A stretch of 64,000 nt of DNA from Acidilobaceae archaeon (GTDB lineage: Archaea; Thermoproteota; Thermoprotei_A; Sulfolobales; Acidilobaceae). Below the pieces are notes generated by a model, which had not been told where the DNA came from, ran no database searches, and saw nothing but the letters and a program-made list of their open reading frames with translations. The stretch covers positions 576,001 to 640,000 of the forward strand of contig JAWAWX010000001.1 of the NCBI GenBank assembly GCA_038897215.1, given 5' to 3'. How positions within the stretch are numbered: the stretch's first letter is position 1; the number at the start of each line of letters is the position of its first letter. A program made the translations under genes and the position numbers. This document shows positions 9,615 through 18,728 of this stretch, in pieces.

Positions 9615-11058
9615 ACCTCATCACGTAGAATCTCTTCACTGCTCTAATGAATTCGTCTGGAGAGAGGCCGACGAGTCTCTCGAGATACTCGGCTCTACTA
9701 GCTAGCTCAGTCTCAAGACTGCCTTGGACTATGTCAAGCCTACGTGAGGCGTTCTGTAAACTAACACTAGCCTCTGCCACCTCTCTCTCTGACGTAGGCT
9801 TAAACTTGTCCTCGGTCGGGTCCCAGGAGAAGATCGAGACTACCTCGTCTCCCTGAATCTCAGCTATCTCCCAGACTCTTCTTCGGGCTCTCCAACCAAG
9901 CCCAACGACTTTTCTAAGAACAACTATCGAGGATATAGATTTAAGGAATAGAGAAGGCAGACTTATGGGCTCCATCTGGAGACGCGCTATAGCGCTCTCA
10001 GCGCTATCTGCGTGGAAAGTGGTGACACAACCATGGCCTAGAGCTGCTGCTTGAGCTAGAAGCCTCGCCTCTCTCCCTCTAACCTCCCCGACTACCAGGT
10101 AGTCAGCTCTTCTTCTGAGAGCGAATTTGAGAAGGTCTTCTAGGTCGATGTCGGGAAGGTTTTCTGCAAAAGTGCCGGGTCTCGTAACCAGAGCGTCCCA
10201 GTAGTGCCAGGATAGGTTGAGCTCCGGAGTATCCTCAATCGTGACTACTCTAGAGAAGGGGGGGATGAGGGTTAGGAGAGCCTGAAGAAGCGTTGTCTTC
10301 CCAGCGCCCATGCCTCCAGCTATTATGATAAAGCTCTGAGCTTCGAGAAGCATCCATAGATAGGAGGCCATGAGTGGAGACAAGGTTCTAGAGGCTATCA
10401 AGTCCGCCATAGTCACGGGTTTCTCGGGATATTTTCTGAGAACAATGCTACTACCGGCTCTGCTCACTTCTCGCTTGAAGGTGATAGCGACCCTGTAGCC
10501 TTCAGGAGTGAGACCTTCAGCGTAAGGTACTGTAAGGCTTACCGACCTTCCGATTTTCCTACCAAGCTTTAGGACAAGCGAGTCGAGCTCGCTCTCAGAT
10601 AAAACCATATCGACCTCTATCCAGATAGCAGGAAAGAGTTTGCTCACTACTAGCACGCTTTTCCCTGCTCCCTCGACGGCTATCTCCTCGACGTTATTGT
10701 CTATCACTAGAGGGTAGAGTTTATCGTAGCCACTCAAAGCTTTCCTCATATAGTAATCCTCGATTAGGTTAGAGGGCTCGTCGGCGCCCGAGACTATCTC
10801 GGCTATCCTGTCCTCAGGAAGGGGAGGGGGCTCGATAACCTTCATCCTAGGGAGTCCGTCATCGCCTCTGTATACTCTATACTCGACTACCCCCACAGTA
10901 TACCTAGCTAGGAGTCTAGACGAGTCTACGGCTAGTAGTCCGACACTATCGGCTTCACGAACCCTATCCTCTAGCCTAGTCTTCTCGGACTCCCTAAACC
11001 CTCTTGTCTTTGCTTTAGAGAGAACTCTCCTAGTTCTAGATAGCAGAATGTTAAGCAT
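9601..11058 (-). CDS. Type II/IV secretion ATPase (TadA/FlaI/VirB11 family)
   Basis: GGMGAGKTT, TIEDTPEL, VGEVRGRE, GH...TFHA. Confidence 0.95.
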   Translation of the reverse strand: MLNILLSRTRRVLSKAKTRGFRESEKTRLEDRVREADSVGLLAVDSSRLLARYTVGVVEYRVYRGDDGLPRMKVIEPPPLPEDRIAEIVSGADEPSNLIEDYYMRKALSGYDKLYPLVIDNNVEEIAVEGAGKSVLVVSKLFPAIWIEVDMVLSESELDSLVLKLGRKIGRSVSLTVPYAEGLTPEGYRVAITFKREVSRAGSSIVLRKYPEKPVTMADLIASRTLSPLMASYLWMLLEAQSFIIIAGGMGAGKTTLLQALLTLIPPFSRVVTIEDTPELNLSWHYWDALVTRPGTFAENLPDIDLEDLLKFALRRRADYLVVGEVRGREARLLAQAAALGHGCVTTFHADSAESAIARLQMEPISLPSLFLKSISSIVVLRKVVGLGWRARRRVWEIAEIQGDEVVSIFSWDPTEDKFKPTSEREVAEASVSLQNASRRLDIVQGSLETELASRAEYLERLVGLSPDEFIRAVKRFYVMRYGVA

Positions 11059-11116
11059 AGTCTAGAAAAACACCCCCGAAAGAGCCCTAGAGAGCCTCTA
11101 TCCTATGTTGTTGAGT

Positions 11117-11545
11117 CTAGCCTGCGAGAGCAACAGACTTCTCGAAAGAAACTCCTTCTACCTCGTAGGCTATGATTAAGGCTCTAGCGTTAGCCGAGAC
11201 GCTGATAACTACGCTCGTCTTCACTCCTGGAGGAATGACTAGGGAGTCTCTCTGGTCGCCGCCGAGCACGGAGACTTTTCGAATCTCGCCTGTTTCGAGA
11301 TACTCTCTCATCTCTTTGATGACAACGTTTGCGCTATGAGCGTTCACGAGTTCTAAAGTGACTAGCTTCAAGGAGTCGGAGACCTTGTGCTCCTTAGCGA
11401 TAACTATCAGAGTCTCTCCCTGCTTGGCGGCTAGATCCATAGTTTTATTGAAATACTCGTAGACGAAGAGAGCTCCTACTATGGTGAAGGCTAGAAGCAG
11501 TAGGGTAGCTAGTAGGGGTGAGAGGCCACGGGAGAGTCTCTTCAC
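11117..11545 (-). CDS. Archaeal type IV pilin
   Basis: Class III signal peptide MKRLSRG/LSPLLATLLLLAFTIVGA. Confidence 0.85.
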   Translation of the reverse strand: MKRLSRGLSPLLATLLLLAFTIVGALFVYEYFNKTMDLAAKQGETLIVIAKEHKVSDSLKLVTLELVNAHSANVVIKEMREYLETGEIRKVSVLGGDQRDSLVIPPGVKTSVVISVSANARALIIAYEVEGVSFEKSVALAG

Positions 11546-11733
11546 CTGCTCTCACCTCTAAGGATCAGTAGGGTAGCCTCTATGGTAGTGAGTCTTTGAT
11601 GACTAAACGCTAATAAGCAAGAGCTAATCTAGCTCGATTTGCTAACCTAGTGAGGGAACTACTGTCTAATTATAGCGTTATTAGGGTCGAGTGAAGAGTC
11701 TCCCTTCTAGGCTTAACGCGGGGGATATGAGGA

Positions 11734-12429
11734 GTGGCAATGAAAGAAAGGCCTCCACTGAGAGTAGTGATATCGGACCCTGCTGGAGGGAGGACTGTAG
11801 TCAAGGTGGTAGTGAAGGGGAAAGACGAGATACCTTTCAGAGACAGCATGGTTAAAACTAAGGAGAAAGAGAGAACAGAGCTCCCTCTAGCGAAAGTTAG
11901 CGAGAGCCTCTTCAAGAAGCTAGAGTTAGAGCCTACGCGAGTCATGACTCTGAGGTTCAGAATAGGGGACAAGAAGATCAAAGCACCCTTCAGAGTCGAG
12001 GTAGACAGTAGCGTGCCTGAGGGAGAGGTGTGGATTAATAGCAATCTACTGATTGAGATAGCGGGCTCCACGGAGGCGGAAGCCGAGGCTTTCAGAGCAC
12101 AATCGTGGCAACTAGCAGTAGGAGAGAGTGTTCTCAGAAAGCTCGTAGGGCTCGAGATAGGAGACTTGATAGACGGCTCTCTACTCTCTCTACCGGGGCT
12201 CAGGCTAAAGATAACCGGGGGTACTGACGCTACGGGGATACCTATGCACCCAGGCGTTCCAGGAACAGGTAGAAGGGAAGCACTCCTCTCCGACCCTCCA
12301 GGTTTTAGGCCGAAGAGACCTGGAGAGAGGAGAAGAAAAAGCGTGAGGGGGAGGATGATACCCGACCCCTCCACAGAGAGGAGGAAAACTGCTCTCGCTC
12401 AGCTTAACCTAGTAATAGTGTACGAGTAG
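11734..12429 (+). CDS. rps6e: 30S ribosomal protein S6e (long form)
   Basis: VVISDP, LKITGGTDATGIPMHPGV, GERRRKSVRG, QLNLVIV. Confidence 0.95.
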   Translation: MAMKERPPLRVVISDPAGGRTVVKVVVKGKDEIPFRDSMVKTKEKERTELPLAKVSESLFKKLELEPTRVMTLRFRIGDKKIKAPFRVEVDSSVPEGEVWINSNLLIEIAGSTEAEAEAFRAQSWQLAVGESVLRKLVGLEIGDLIDGSLLSLPGLRLKITGGTDATGIPMHPGVPGTGRREALLSDPPGFRPKRPGERRRKSVRGRMIPDPSTERRKTALAQLNLVIVYE

Positions 12430-12614
12430 CTCTTCGAGTCATAAGAGCGAACCTCAACTGCTTTCTTACCCAGCTCGTGTAGAACTCTAAGACTCCATTA
12501 TCGCAAATCTCGCAGTCTCGGCAGCGAAGAGTTCGGGAGATGCAAGCTCCCCAATAAGTACATAAAACCTAGGGTAGAGGTATGGTTACTTAGTCTCTAC
12601 TGGGAGGAGAGGAG

Positions 12615-13853
12615 TTGAGTAACGTACAGCAACCAGACGTCAATATCGGAGTCGTAGGGCACGTAGACCACGGTAAGACAACTCTAGTTCAGGCGCTTAC
12701 GGGAATCTGGACAATGAGATTTAGTGAAGAGATAAAGAAGGGGATGACGATAAGGCTAGGCTACGCTGATGGAGAGATATGGGAGTGTGAGGAGTGCGAG
12801 TTCCCGTCTAACTACTCTCCAGAGCCTGTCTGCGATTGCAAGCCAGGGTCGAAACCTCGATTGAAGAGGAGAATCTCGTTCATAGACGCTCCGGGTCACG
12901 AGACCCTAATGGCTACCATGCTTTCAGGAGCGGCTCTTATGGATGGAGCCATTCTAGTCATTGCAGCCAACGAGCCTTGTCCTCAGCCTCAGACAAGAGA
13001 GCATCTAGCCGCTCTCACAATACTCGGGATCAAGAACATAGTCGTTGTCCAGAACAAGGTTGACGCCATCACTCCAGACCAGGCTAGGAAGAACTACAAC
13101 GAGATACTAGAGTTCGTAGAGGGAACAGTAGCAGAGTCTTCCCCAATAATCCCGATATCAGCGTTAAAGAAGGCTAACATTGACGCTGTTCTAGCTGCAA
13201 TAGACGAGATCATAAAGCCCCCTGAGAGAGATCTGAGTAGCCCGCCTTTGATGTACGTAGTTAGGAGCTTCGACGTAAACAGACCCGGAACAGCTCCCGA
13301 GAATCTAGTAGGAGGAGTTGTCGGAGGCTCTCTCGTACAGGGAGTTCTTAGAGTAGGCGACGAGATCGAGATAAGGCCGGGAATACTTGCCGAGAAGAAG
13401 GATAAAGTCGAGTACACACCAATCTACACCACCATAACGAGCCTCAGATTCGGCGATATAGAGGTAGAGGAGGCAAGACCAGGAGGTCTTGTAGCTATAG
13501 GAACAAAGCTTGACCCCGTGCTGACGAAATCAGATAGAATGGCCGGCAATGTTCTAGGAAAACCAGACAAACTGCCCCCTGTTCTCGACAAGCTAGTCAT
13601 TAGACACGAGCTTTTCGAAACACTTCCCGGAGCTAGGGAGAAGATTAAGATAGAGGATATTAGGAAAGGAGAGACTCTAGTTCTATCCGTAGGACCTGCT
13701 ATAACCGTAGGGACTGTAGCGACAGCCAGAAAGGAGTACATCGAGGTTAGTGTGAGGAGACCTGTCGTAGCAAGAGAAGGATTCAGGGTAGCTTTAAGCA
13801 GGAGGGTAGCAGGCAGGTGGAGGCTCATAGGCTGGGGGGTCGTAGAGTCGTAG
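12615..13853 (+). CDS. eif2g: Translation initiation factor aIF2 gamma
   Basis: [35 protein letters not shown]. Confidence 0.98.
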   Translation: MSNVQQPDVNIGVVGHVDHGKTTLVQALTGIWTMRFSEEIKKGMTIRLGYADGEIWECEECEFPSNYSPEPVCDCKPGSKPRLKRRISFIDAPGHETLMATMLSGAALMDGAILVIAANEPCPQPQTREHLAALTILGIKNIVVVQNKVDAITPDQARKNYNEILEFVEGTVAESSPIIPISALKKANIDAVLAAIDEIIKPPERDLSSPPLMYVVRSFDVNRPGTAPENLVGGVVGGSLVQGVLRVGDEIEIRPGILAEKKDKVEYTPIYTTITSLRFGDIEVEEARPGGLVAIGTKLDPVLTKSDRMAGNVLGKPDKLPPVLDKLVIRHELFETLPGAREKIKIEDIRKGETLVLSVGPAITVGTVATARKEYIEVSVRRPVVAREGFRVALSRRVAGRWRLIGWGVVES

Positions 13854-14254
13854 TCTTGTTAGTTGACTCAAACATATTCATATACATAGCGGAAGGCCTC
13901 ATACCCTTATCTAGTTTTGCGAAAACACTCGAAGCATCTTACATAATCCTAGTCCCAGATAGAGTGATAGAAGAGCTAGCAAATCTGTCATCGACCGGAA
14001 GTCATTATGAGTCTAAGGTAGCGAAGAAGGCGCTAGAGATAGCCACCAGTATATCCCGAGTAGAGACTACCTCAGCTAGTAGAGCAGACGACGCTATAGT
14101 AGAGCTAGCGGTAAAGATCAAGAGTGAAGGTAAACCGGTAGTAGTAGCCACAGCTGATAGAGAGCTAAGAGCTAGACTTCGAGAAATAGGAGTACCCACT
14201 ATGTATTACAGGAAGAGCAGAGGAGAACTCGAGCTAGAATGGGAGCCTCTCTGA
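13817..14254 (+). CDS. PIN-domain nuclease (Fcf1/Utp24-like); start uncertain
   Basis: LVDSN, VIEEL, ADDAI, VATADREL; conserved position after aIF2g. Confidence 0.88.
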   Translation: MEAHRLGGRRVVVLLVDSNIFIYIAEGLIPLSSFAKTLEASYIILVPDRVIEELANLSSTGSHYESKVAKKALEIATSISRVETTSASRADDAIVELAVKIKSEGKPVVVATADRELRARLREIGVPTMYYRKSRGELELEWEPL

Positions 14255-14328
14255 GCATTACCCTAAAAAGCCTTAGACATAGTCAACTTAAACGCTTTAG
14301 GCTCTGGATCTCATAGAAACGGGCTCTA

Positions 14329-14889
14329 GTGTGGTGCTTGAAGTTGTTCGTGCTCTACGAGGTCGAGGAGTGGCTAGGAATAGAGCCTCAGCACGTCTAC
14401 TCTGGAGAAGACCTGAGCAAGGTAGCCTTAGAGATCCTGAGAGATAGACTAGAGGGCATAGCCGACCCCCAGCTTGGAGTCATAATAGCCGTGGTCTCAG
14501 CGGAGATCTCGAGTGAGGGCGTAACGCTACCTCTCCCAGGAGACCCCGATTTCTACTTCAAGGTCAGATACACTGTGCTCGCATACGAGCCTATCCTCAA
14601 CGAAGTCGTGAGAGGAATAGTAAAAGATGTTAGAGAACAAGGCTTAATAATAGACCTAGGGCCTATCGATGGATTCGTGCACAAGAGTCAGATAATAGAC
14701 GAGAATGTAGAACTCCTTCCCGATAAGAGAGGGTTCAGAAGCGAATCAGGGAAGATCATAGAGATAGGCGATATAGTGAGAGCTAGGATCAGCCAGATAG
14801 CCAAGCCTACGCGAAGAACGCCAGCTCTCAGAGTAGGTCTTACGATGAGACAACCGTATTTAGGCAAAGAGGAGTACATTAAGAGATAA
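14329..14889 (+). CDS. rpo7: RNA polymerase subunit Rpo7 (E')
   Basis: S1 domain, GPIDGFVHKSQI, LTMRQPYLGK. Confidence 0.95.
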   Translation: MWCLKLFVLYEVEEWLGIEPQHVYSGEDLSKVALEILRDRLEGIADPQLGVIIAVVSAEISSEGVTLPLPGDPDFYFKVRYTVLAYEPILNEVVRGIVKDVREQGLIIDLGPIDGFVHKSQIIDENVELLPDKRGFRSESGKIIEIGDIVRARISQIAKPTRRTPALRVGLTMRQPYLGKEEYIKR

Positions 14890-14903
14890 GAGGTGAGTTT
14901 CAC

Positions 14904-15152
14904 TTGAAGCCTAGAAGAGTTCCCACGAAAAAGCCGGCTTTGAAGGCTTGTAGAGCGTGCGGGACTCTGAACCCTAGAGACTCCACTAATTGCTCTTCCT
15001 GCGGGTCAACACAGTTCTCCGATGAGTGGAGCGGATTGATCATAGTATTCGATCCAAGCACTAGCCTCTTAGCCAGAAGCGCTGAGATAACGGAGCCCGT
15101 GATAAAGGCTGTACGCGTAGCTGGCAAGATAGTGGTGAAGATGAGAGAGTAG
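14904..15152 (+). CDS. spt4: Transcription elongation factor Spt4 (RpoE'')
   Basis: KACRAC..CSSCGS..FSDEWSGLIIV. Confidence 0.95.
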   Translation: MKPRRVPTKKPALKACRACGTLNPRDSTNCSSCGSTQFSDEWSGLIIVFDPSTSLLARSAEITEPVIKAVRVAGKIVVKMRE

Positions 15153-15158
15153 CTGGTC

Positions 15159-15725
15159 ATGTACGTCTCGGCTTTCAGGCTACCTGAGAAGCTCCGAAAA
15201 GACTACGCCGTAAGCCTGGGTCCTGTAACTCCTTCTCTCGAAGAGATTCTCTCTAACTTCGAGACTAGTGGCCTAATCTGTGTAGGCGATGTAGTCTCAA
15301 GTACTTGCATTAAATCGTCTTCAAAGAGAAGAATAGAGAACATAGTTGTACTTTACGATAGAAGAACTATGAGAAAGCCGCTAGCACTAATGAATTCTAG
15401 CATAGAGCAACTACAGCTAAGGATTGAAAGAGTTGAGAATCCTTCGAGCTACGTTACTACGAGAGCGATCGAGACTCTCTGCAGACTTCTGGAGGAAGCG
15501 TGCTCCACTCGCAACACTAGGCTAGCCTTAGAGGTAGATGGAGAGGAGGACCTTCTAGCTCTAGTCGCTCTAGAGTGTGGACCACGAGATTGGACTGTAG
15601 TCTATGGAATGCCGGGAAGAGGAGCTGTTGTGGTTCCACTAACACCTCTCCTTAAGAGCATAATACAGAACCGCGTCCTACAACTAAAGCCTGAACTAGC
15701 CCCGCTAAGGAACTCGAAAACTTAA
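15159..15725 (+). CDS. GTP-dependent dephospho-CoA kinase (DUF359)
   Basis: VGDVVS, VENP, VDGEEDLLAL, YGMPGRG; conserved synteny. Confidence 0.88.
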   Translation: MYVSAFRLPEKLRKDYAVSLGPVTPSLEEILSNFETSGLICVGDVVSSTCIKSSSKRRIENIVVLYDRRTMRKPLALMNSSIEQLQLRIERVENPSSYVTTRAIETLCRLLEEACSTRNTRLALEVDGEEDLLALVALECGPRDWTVVYGMPGRGAVVVPLTPLLKSIIQNRVLQLKPELAPLRNSKT

Positions 15726-15760
15726 AAAGGAGGGAGATTAAGGCGAGAAGAGGGGTTGAA

Positions 15761-16096
15761 TTGAGTCTTAGCACTAGAGTCTCTAGGAGAGACATAGTTA
15801 TCGGAGGGGGGAGAGCTGAGATTAGGAGAGAGAAGTACAATCCTCTCGTGGGGCGCATCGAGCTAGAGGTAGAGATAGAGCATTTACTAAAACCTACCCC
15901 CTCTCGCGTAGATGTTAGAAGAGCGATAGCGGAAGCTTACGGGGTAGACTTGGAGAGAGTGTATGTGCGAAGCCTTAACACGGAGTATGGGGTAGGCGTG
16001 ACGAGAGCCGTTATCCACATATACGATAGCGTTGAGAGAGCGAAGAGTTTCGAGCCAGAGTATGTGATTAAAAGAAATGAGGGAGAGAGCTCCTAG
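15761..16096 (+). CDS. rps24e: 30S ribosomal protein S24e
   Basis: NPLVGRIE, TPSR, TEYG, EPEYVIKRN. Confidence 0.95.
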   Translation: MSLSTRVSRRDIVIGGGRAEIRREKYNPLVGRIELEVEIEHLLKPTPSRVDVRRAIAEAYGVDLERVYVRSLNTEYGVGVTRAVIHIYDSVERAKSFEPEYVIKRNEGESS

Positions 16097-16108
16097 AGGT
16101 GAACCCTA

Positions 16109-16345
16109 ATGAGTTCTTCTAGCAAGAAGAAGGAGCTGAAGACATACATACACAAACTCTATGTAATCGACCAGTCCACGGGAACCGTGAAACTAAAGAA
16201 CAAGAAGTGCCCTCGTTGCGGTAGCATAATGGCTCACCACAAACAACCAGTGGAGAGATGGCATTGCGGAAAGTGTAGCTACACGGAATTCGTGAGCGCT
16301 AAGCCCACAGCGCCCCCGGCTCCCGCTAAGGGAAGAAAGAAGTGA
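16109..16345 (+). CDS. rps27ae: 30S ribosomal protein S27ae
   Basis: KKCPRCG..MAHH..RWHCGKC. Confidence 0.97.
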   Translation: MSSSSKKKELKTYIHKLYVIDQSTGTVKLKNKKCPRCGSIMAHHKQPVERWHCGKCSYTEFVSAKPTAPPAPAKGRKK

Positions 16346-17376
16346 TAGTGCTCGGCATAGAGTCTACAGCGCATACATTCGGAGTCAGTGTAGTCTCCGA
16401 GGACCCTCCCTTTATCTTATCTGATATTCGTAGATTCTATGCTACCAAGAGTGGCGGAATCCTGCCGAGAGAAGCCTCGTCTTTCTTCTCGAAGATAGCC
16501 GGGGAGGCTGTGAGAGAAGCCGTGGAGAAGGCCGGGGTTAGCGTTAGAGAGATAGACGCGATAGCTGTAGCCCTAGGGCCGGGGATGGGTCCTCAGCTCA
16601 GAGTAGGAGCTAGCGTGGCTAGAGCTCTCGCCTCCTACTATTCTAAGCCCCTAGTTCCTGTAAACCACGCGGTAGCCCACTTAGAGATAGCGAGATTCAC
16701 GACTGGCTTACTGGACCCGATAGCTCTCTATGTAGCTGGAGGCAATACCGCTGTTGTCTCCTACGTCGCTGGCAGATATAGAGTCTTCGGTGAAACTCTA
16801 GATATAGCTCTAGGAAACCTTCTAGACACCTTCGCTAGAGAAGCTGGACTAGCACCGCCCTACGTTATAGGAGGAGAGCATGTTGTTGACGCGTACGCCA
16901 GAGGAGGAAGCTATCTGAAGAATCTATTTCCCTACGTAGTGAAAGGACAGGATGTCTCCTTCTCCGGACTCCTAACAGCTGCTCTGAAAGCATTGAAAGC
17001 AGGCTTCAGGATAGAGGATGTATGCTATACTCTGAGAGAGATAGCCTACTCATCCGTAGTAGAGGTCTTAGAGAGAGGCCTAGCTCACACAGAGAAGAGA
17101 GAGGTAACGATCACCGGGGGTGTAGCAGCAAGCAAGGTCCTAGTCGAGAAGGTGAGAGCAATGGCTGAGCTTCACGGAGCCGAGTTTAAGCCCGTGGAGG
17201 CGCGATATGCTGGAGATAATGCAGCAATGATAGCGCTAACGGGACTCTTTGCTTTCAAGAGCGGGCTGTACATGAGAGACGTCAAGAACGCTCACATAAG
17301 GCAACGATGGAGGCTTGACGATGTAGACGTACCGTGGTATTACAGCCTTCCAGCAGCGATAATCGCGAGGCGGTAG
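16342..17376 (+). CDS. kae1: KEOPS tRNA t6A synthase Kae1
   Basis: LGIESTAHT, VNHAVAH, ETLDIALGN, DNAAMIA. Confidence 0.97.
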   Translation: MIVLGIESTAHTFGVSVVSEDPPFILSDIRRFYATKSGGILPREASSFFSKIAGEAVREAVEKAGVSVREIDAIAVALGPGMGPQLRVGASVARALASYYSKPLVPVNHAVAHLEIARFTTGLLDPIALYVAGGNTAVVSYVAGRYRVFGETLDIALGNLLDTFAREAGLAPPYVIGGEHVVDAYARGGSYLKNLFPYVVKGQDVSFSGLLTAALKALKAGFRIEDVCYTLREIAYSSVVEVLERGLAHTEKREVTITGGVAASKVLVEKVRAMAELHGAEFKPVEARYAGDNAAMIALTGLFAFKSGLYMRDVKNAHIRQRWRLDDVDVPWYYSLPAAIIARR

Positions 17377-17379
17377 GCT

Positions 17380-18072
17380 GTGCTAGAGTGCTTTGAGAGC
17401 TGGGTTAGGACTCTTCCTCTGCTCAAACGCGGAGCAGAATCTGAGATAAGAGTAGGAGACTTTGCGGGCATCAAGGCCGTCTTCAAGATCAGATTCAGGA
17501 AAAACTACATGGACCCCCTTCTAGCTAATGAGCTAATAAGCAAGAGGACTAGAAAAGAGGCGAAGGTGATAGCGTACGCTAGAAGCAAAGGCGTGCCAGC
17601 TCCATCGCTTTTAGCTGTATTCCCTAGCGTAGGAGTCATAGTCCTCGAGTACATAGAGGGAGTTAAGCTGAAGGATTTGATCGACGTGAGCCTCGAAGAG
17701 TCTTCACTCCACATGTTTGAAGCCGGTAGAATACTAGGCAGGCTACACTCAATCGGTGTAGCTCACGGCGATCCAACCACATCTAACCTGATAGTCTCTA
17801 AGCGGGATAACTCTCTCAAAATAATAGACTTCGGGCTCTCAGAGTTTACTAAAGACGTAGAAGACCTAGCTGTAGACATTCACCTCTTTAGGAGGGCTTT
17901 AGAGAGCACTCACGCTCTCTACGCGAAGAAGCTGATCGCTGCGTTTGAGGACGGGTATAGGGATGCCTTTGGAGTAGAAGCAGAGAAGATGTTAGCAAGA
18001 GCTGATGACATACGACGGAGAGGAAGATACGTGGAGGAGAGGAGAAGAGCTGTTTGGAGAATCCCGAGGTAG
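17380..18072 (+). CDS. bud32: KEOPS kinase Bud32
   Basis: RGAES, HGDPTTSN, IDFGL, RGRY. Confidence 0.96.
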   Translation: MLECFESWVRTLPLLKRGAESEIRVGDFAGIKAVFKIRFRKNYMDPLLANELISKRTRKEAKVIAYARSKGVPAPSLLAVFPSVGVIVLEYIEGVKLKDLIDVSLEESSLHMFEAGRILGRLHSIGVAHGDPTTSNLIVSKRDNSLKIIDFGLSEFTKDVEDLAVDIHLFRRALESTHALYAKKLIAAFEDGYRDAFGVEAEKMLARADDIRRRGRYVEERRRAVWRIPR

Positions 18073-18078
18073 AGAGCT

Positions 18079-18660
18079 TTGAGAACCGGAGCGCTCTCCC
18101 TCAAGCCTAGAATCTACGTGGTTACAGCTAACCCGCAGAAGGGAGCAGAAGCCGTGGCTATACTGAGAGCTGAAGGCATAGAGTCAGATATCATAATCGA
18201 TAGAAAGCTAGAAGTTCAAAGCTCGAGTCTGGAAGAGGTGGCGTTAAAAGCAGCTAGGCTAGCCTACGCTAAACACAAAGTCCCCGTAGCCGTAGACGAC
18301 TCTGGTCTCTTCATAGACGCTCTAGGAGGATTCCCTGGCGTCTATAGTAGCTACGTCTACGAGACTATAGGGATTAGGGGGGTTTTGAAGCTTCTCGAGA
18401 ACGTGCCTCAAAGGAGAGCCTGTTTCAGAACCGTCGTCGCTGCCATAGTGCCGCCTCTCGAGATCATCGAAAAGGGCGAAGTATGCGGGGAGATATCAGT
18501 AGAGCCGAGAGGAGAGAGAGGCTTCGGCTTTGACCCTATATTCGTGCCTCAAGGGTATACTAGGACTTTTGCTGAGATGAGCTTCGAGGAGAAGAACGCG
18601 ATATCTCATAGAGGTAGAGCTTTCAGAGCTCTAGCTGAGAGATTAAGGAGAGCAGTGTGA
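18079..18660 (+). CDS. rdgB: Non-canonical purine NTP pyrophosphatase (RdgB/HAM1)
   Basis: DDSGL, GFPGVYS, GFGFDPIF, KNAISHR. Confidence 0.96.
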   Translation: MRTGALSLKPRIYVVTANPQKGAEAVAILRAEGIESDIIIDRKLEVQSSSLEEVALKAARLAYAKHKVPVAVDDSGLFIDALGGFPGVYSSYVYETIGIRGVLKLLENVPQRRACFRTVVAAIVPPLEIIEKGEVCGEISVEPRGERGFGFDPIFVPQGYTRTFAEMSFEEKNAISHRGRAFRALAERLRRAV

Positions 18661-18662
18661 GA

Positions 18663-18728
18663 GCGTCAGCCCTCACACGGCTCTTCACGGGCTCAGATGA
18701 GCCTCGTTCCGGAGTCGGTCTTCATCCA
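18663..18728 (-). ncRNA. Box C/D guide sRNA overlapping the polB1 stop codon
   Basis: Minus strand ATGAAGA-22nt-CTGA-gccc-GTGAAGA-gccgtgtgaggg-CTGA. Confidence 0.72.

Noticed and set aside
12430-12614. 185-bp gap between rps6e and aIF2g
   Set aside because: No convincing ORF start, sRNA boxes or repeat found
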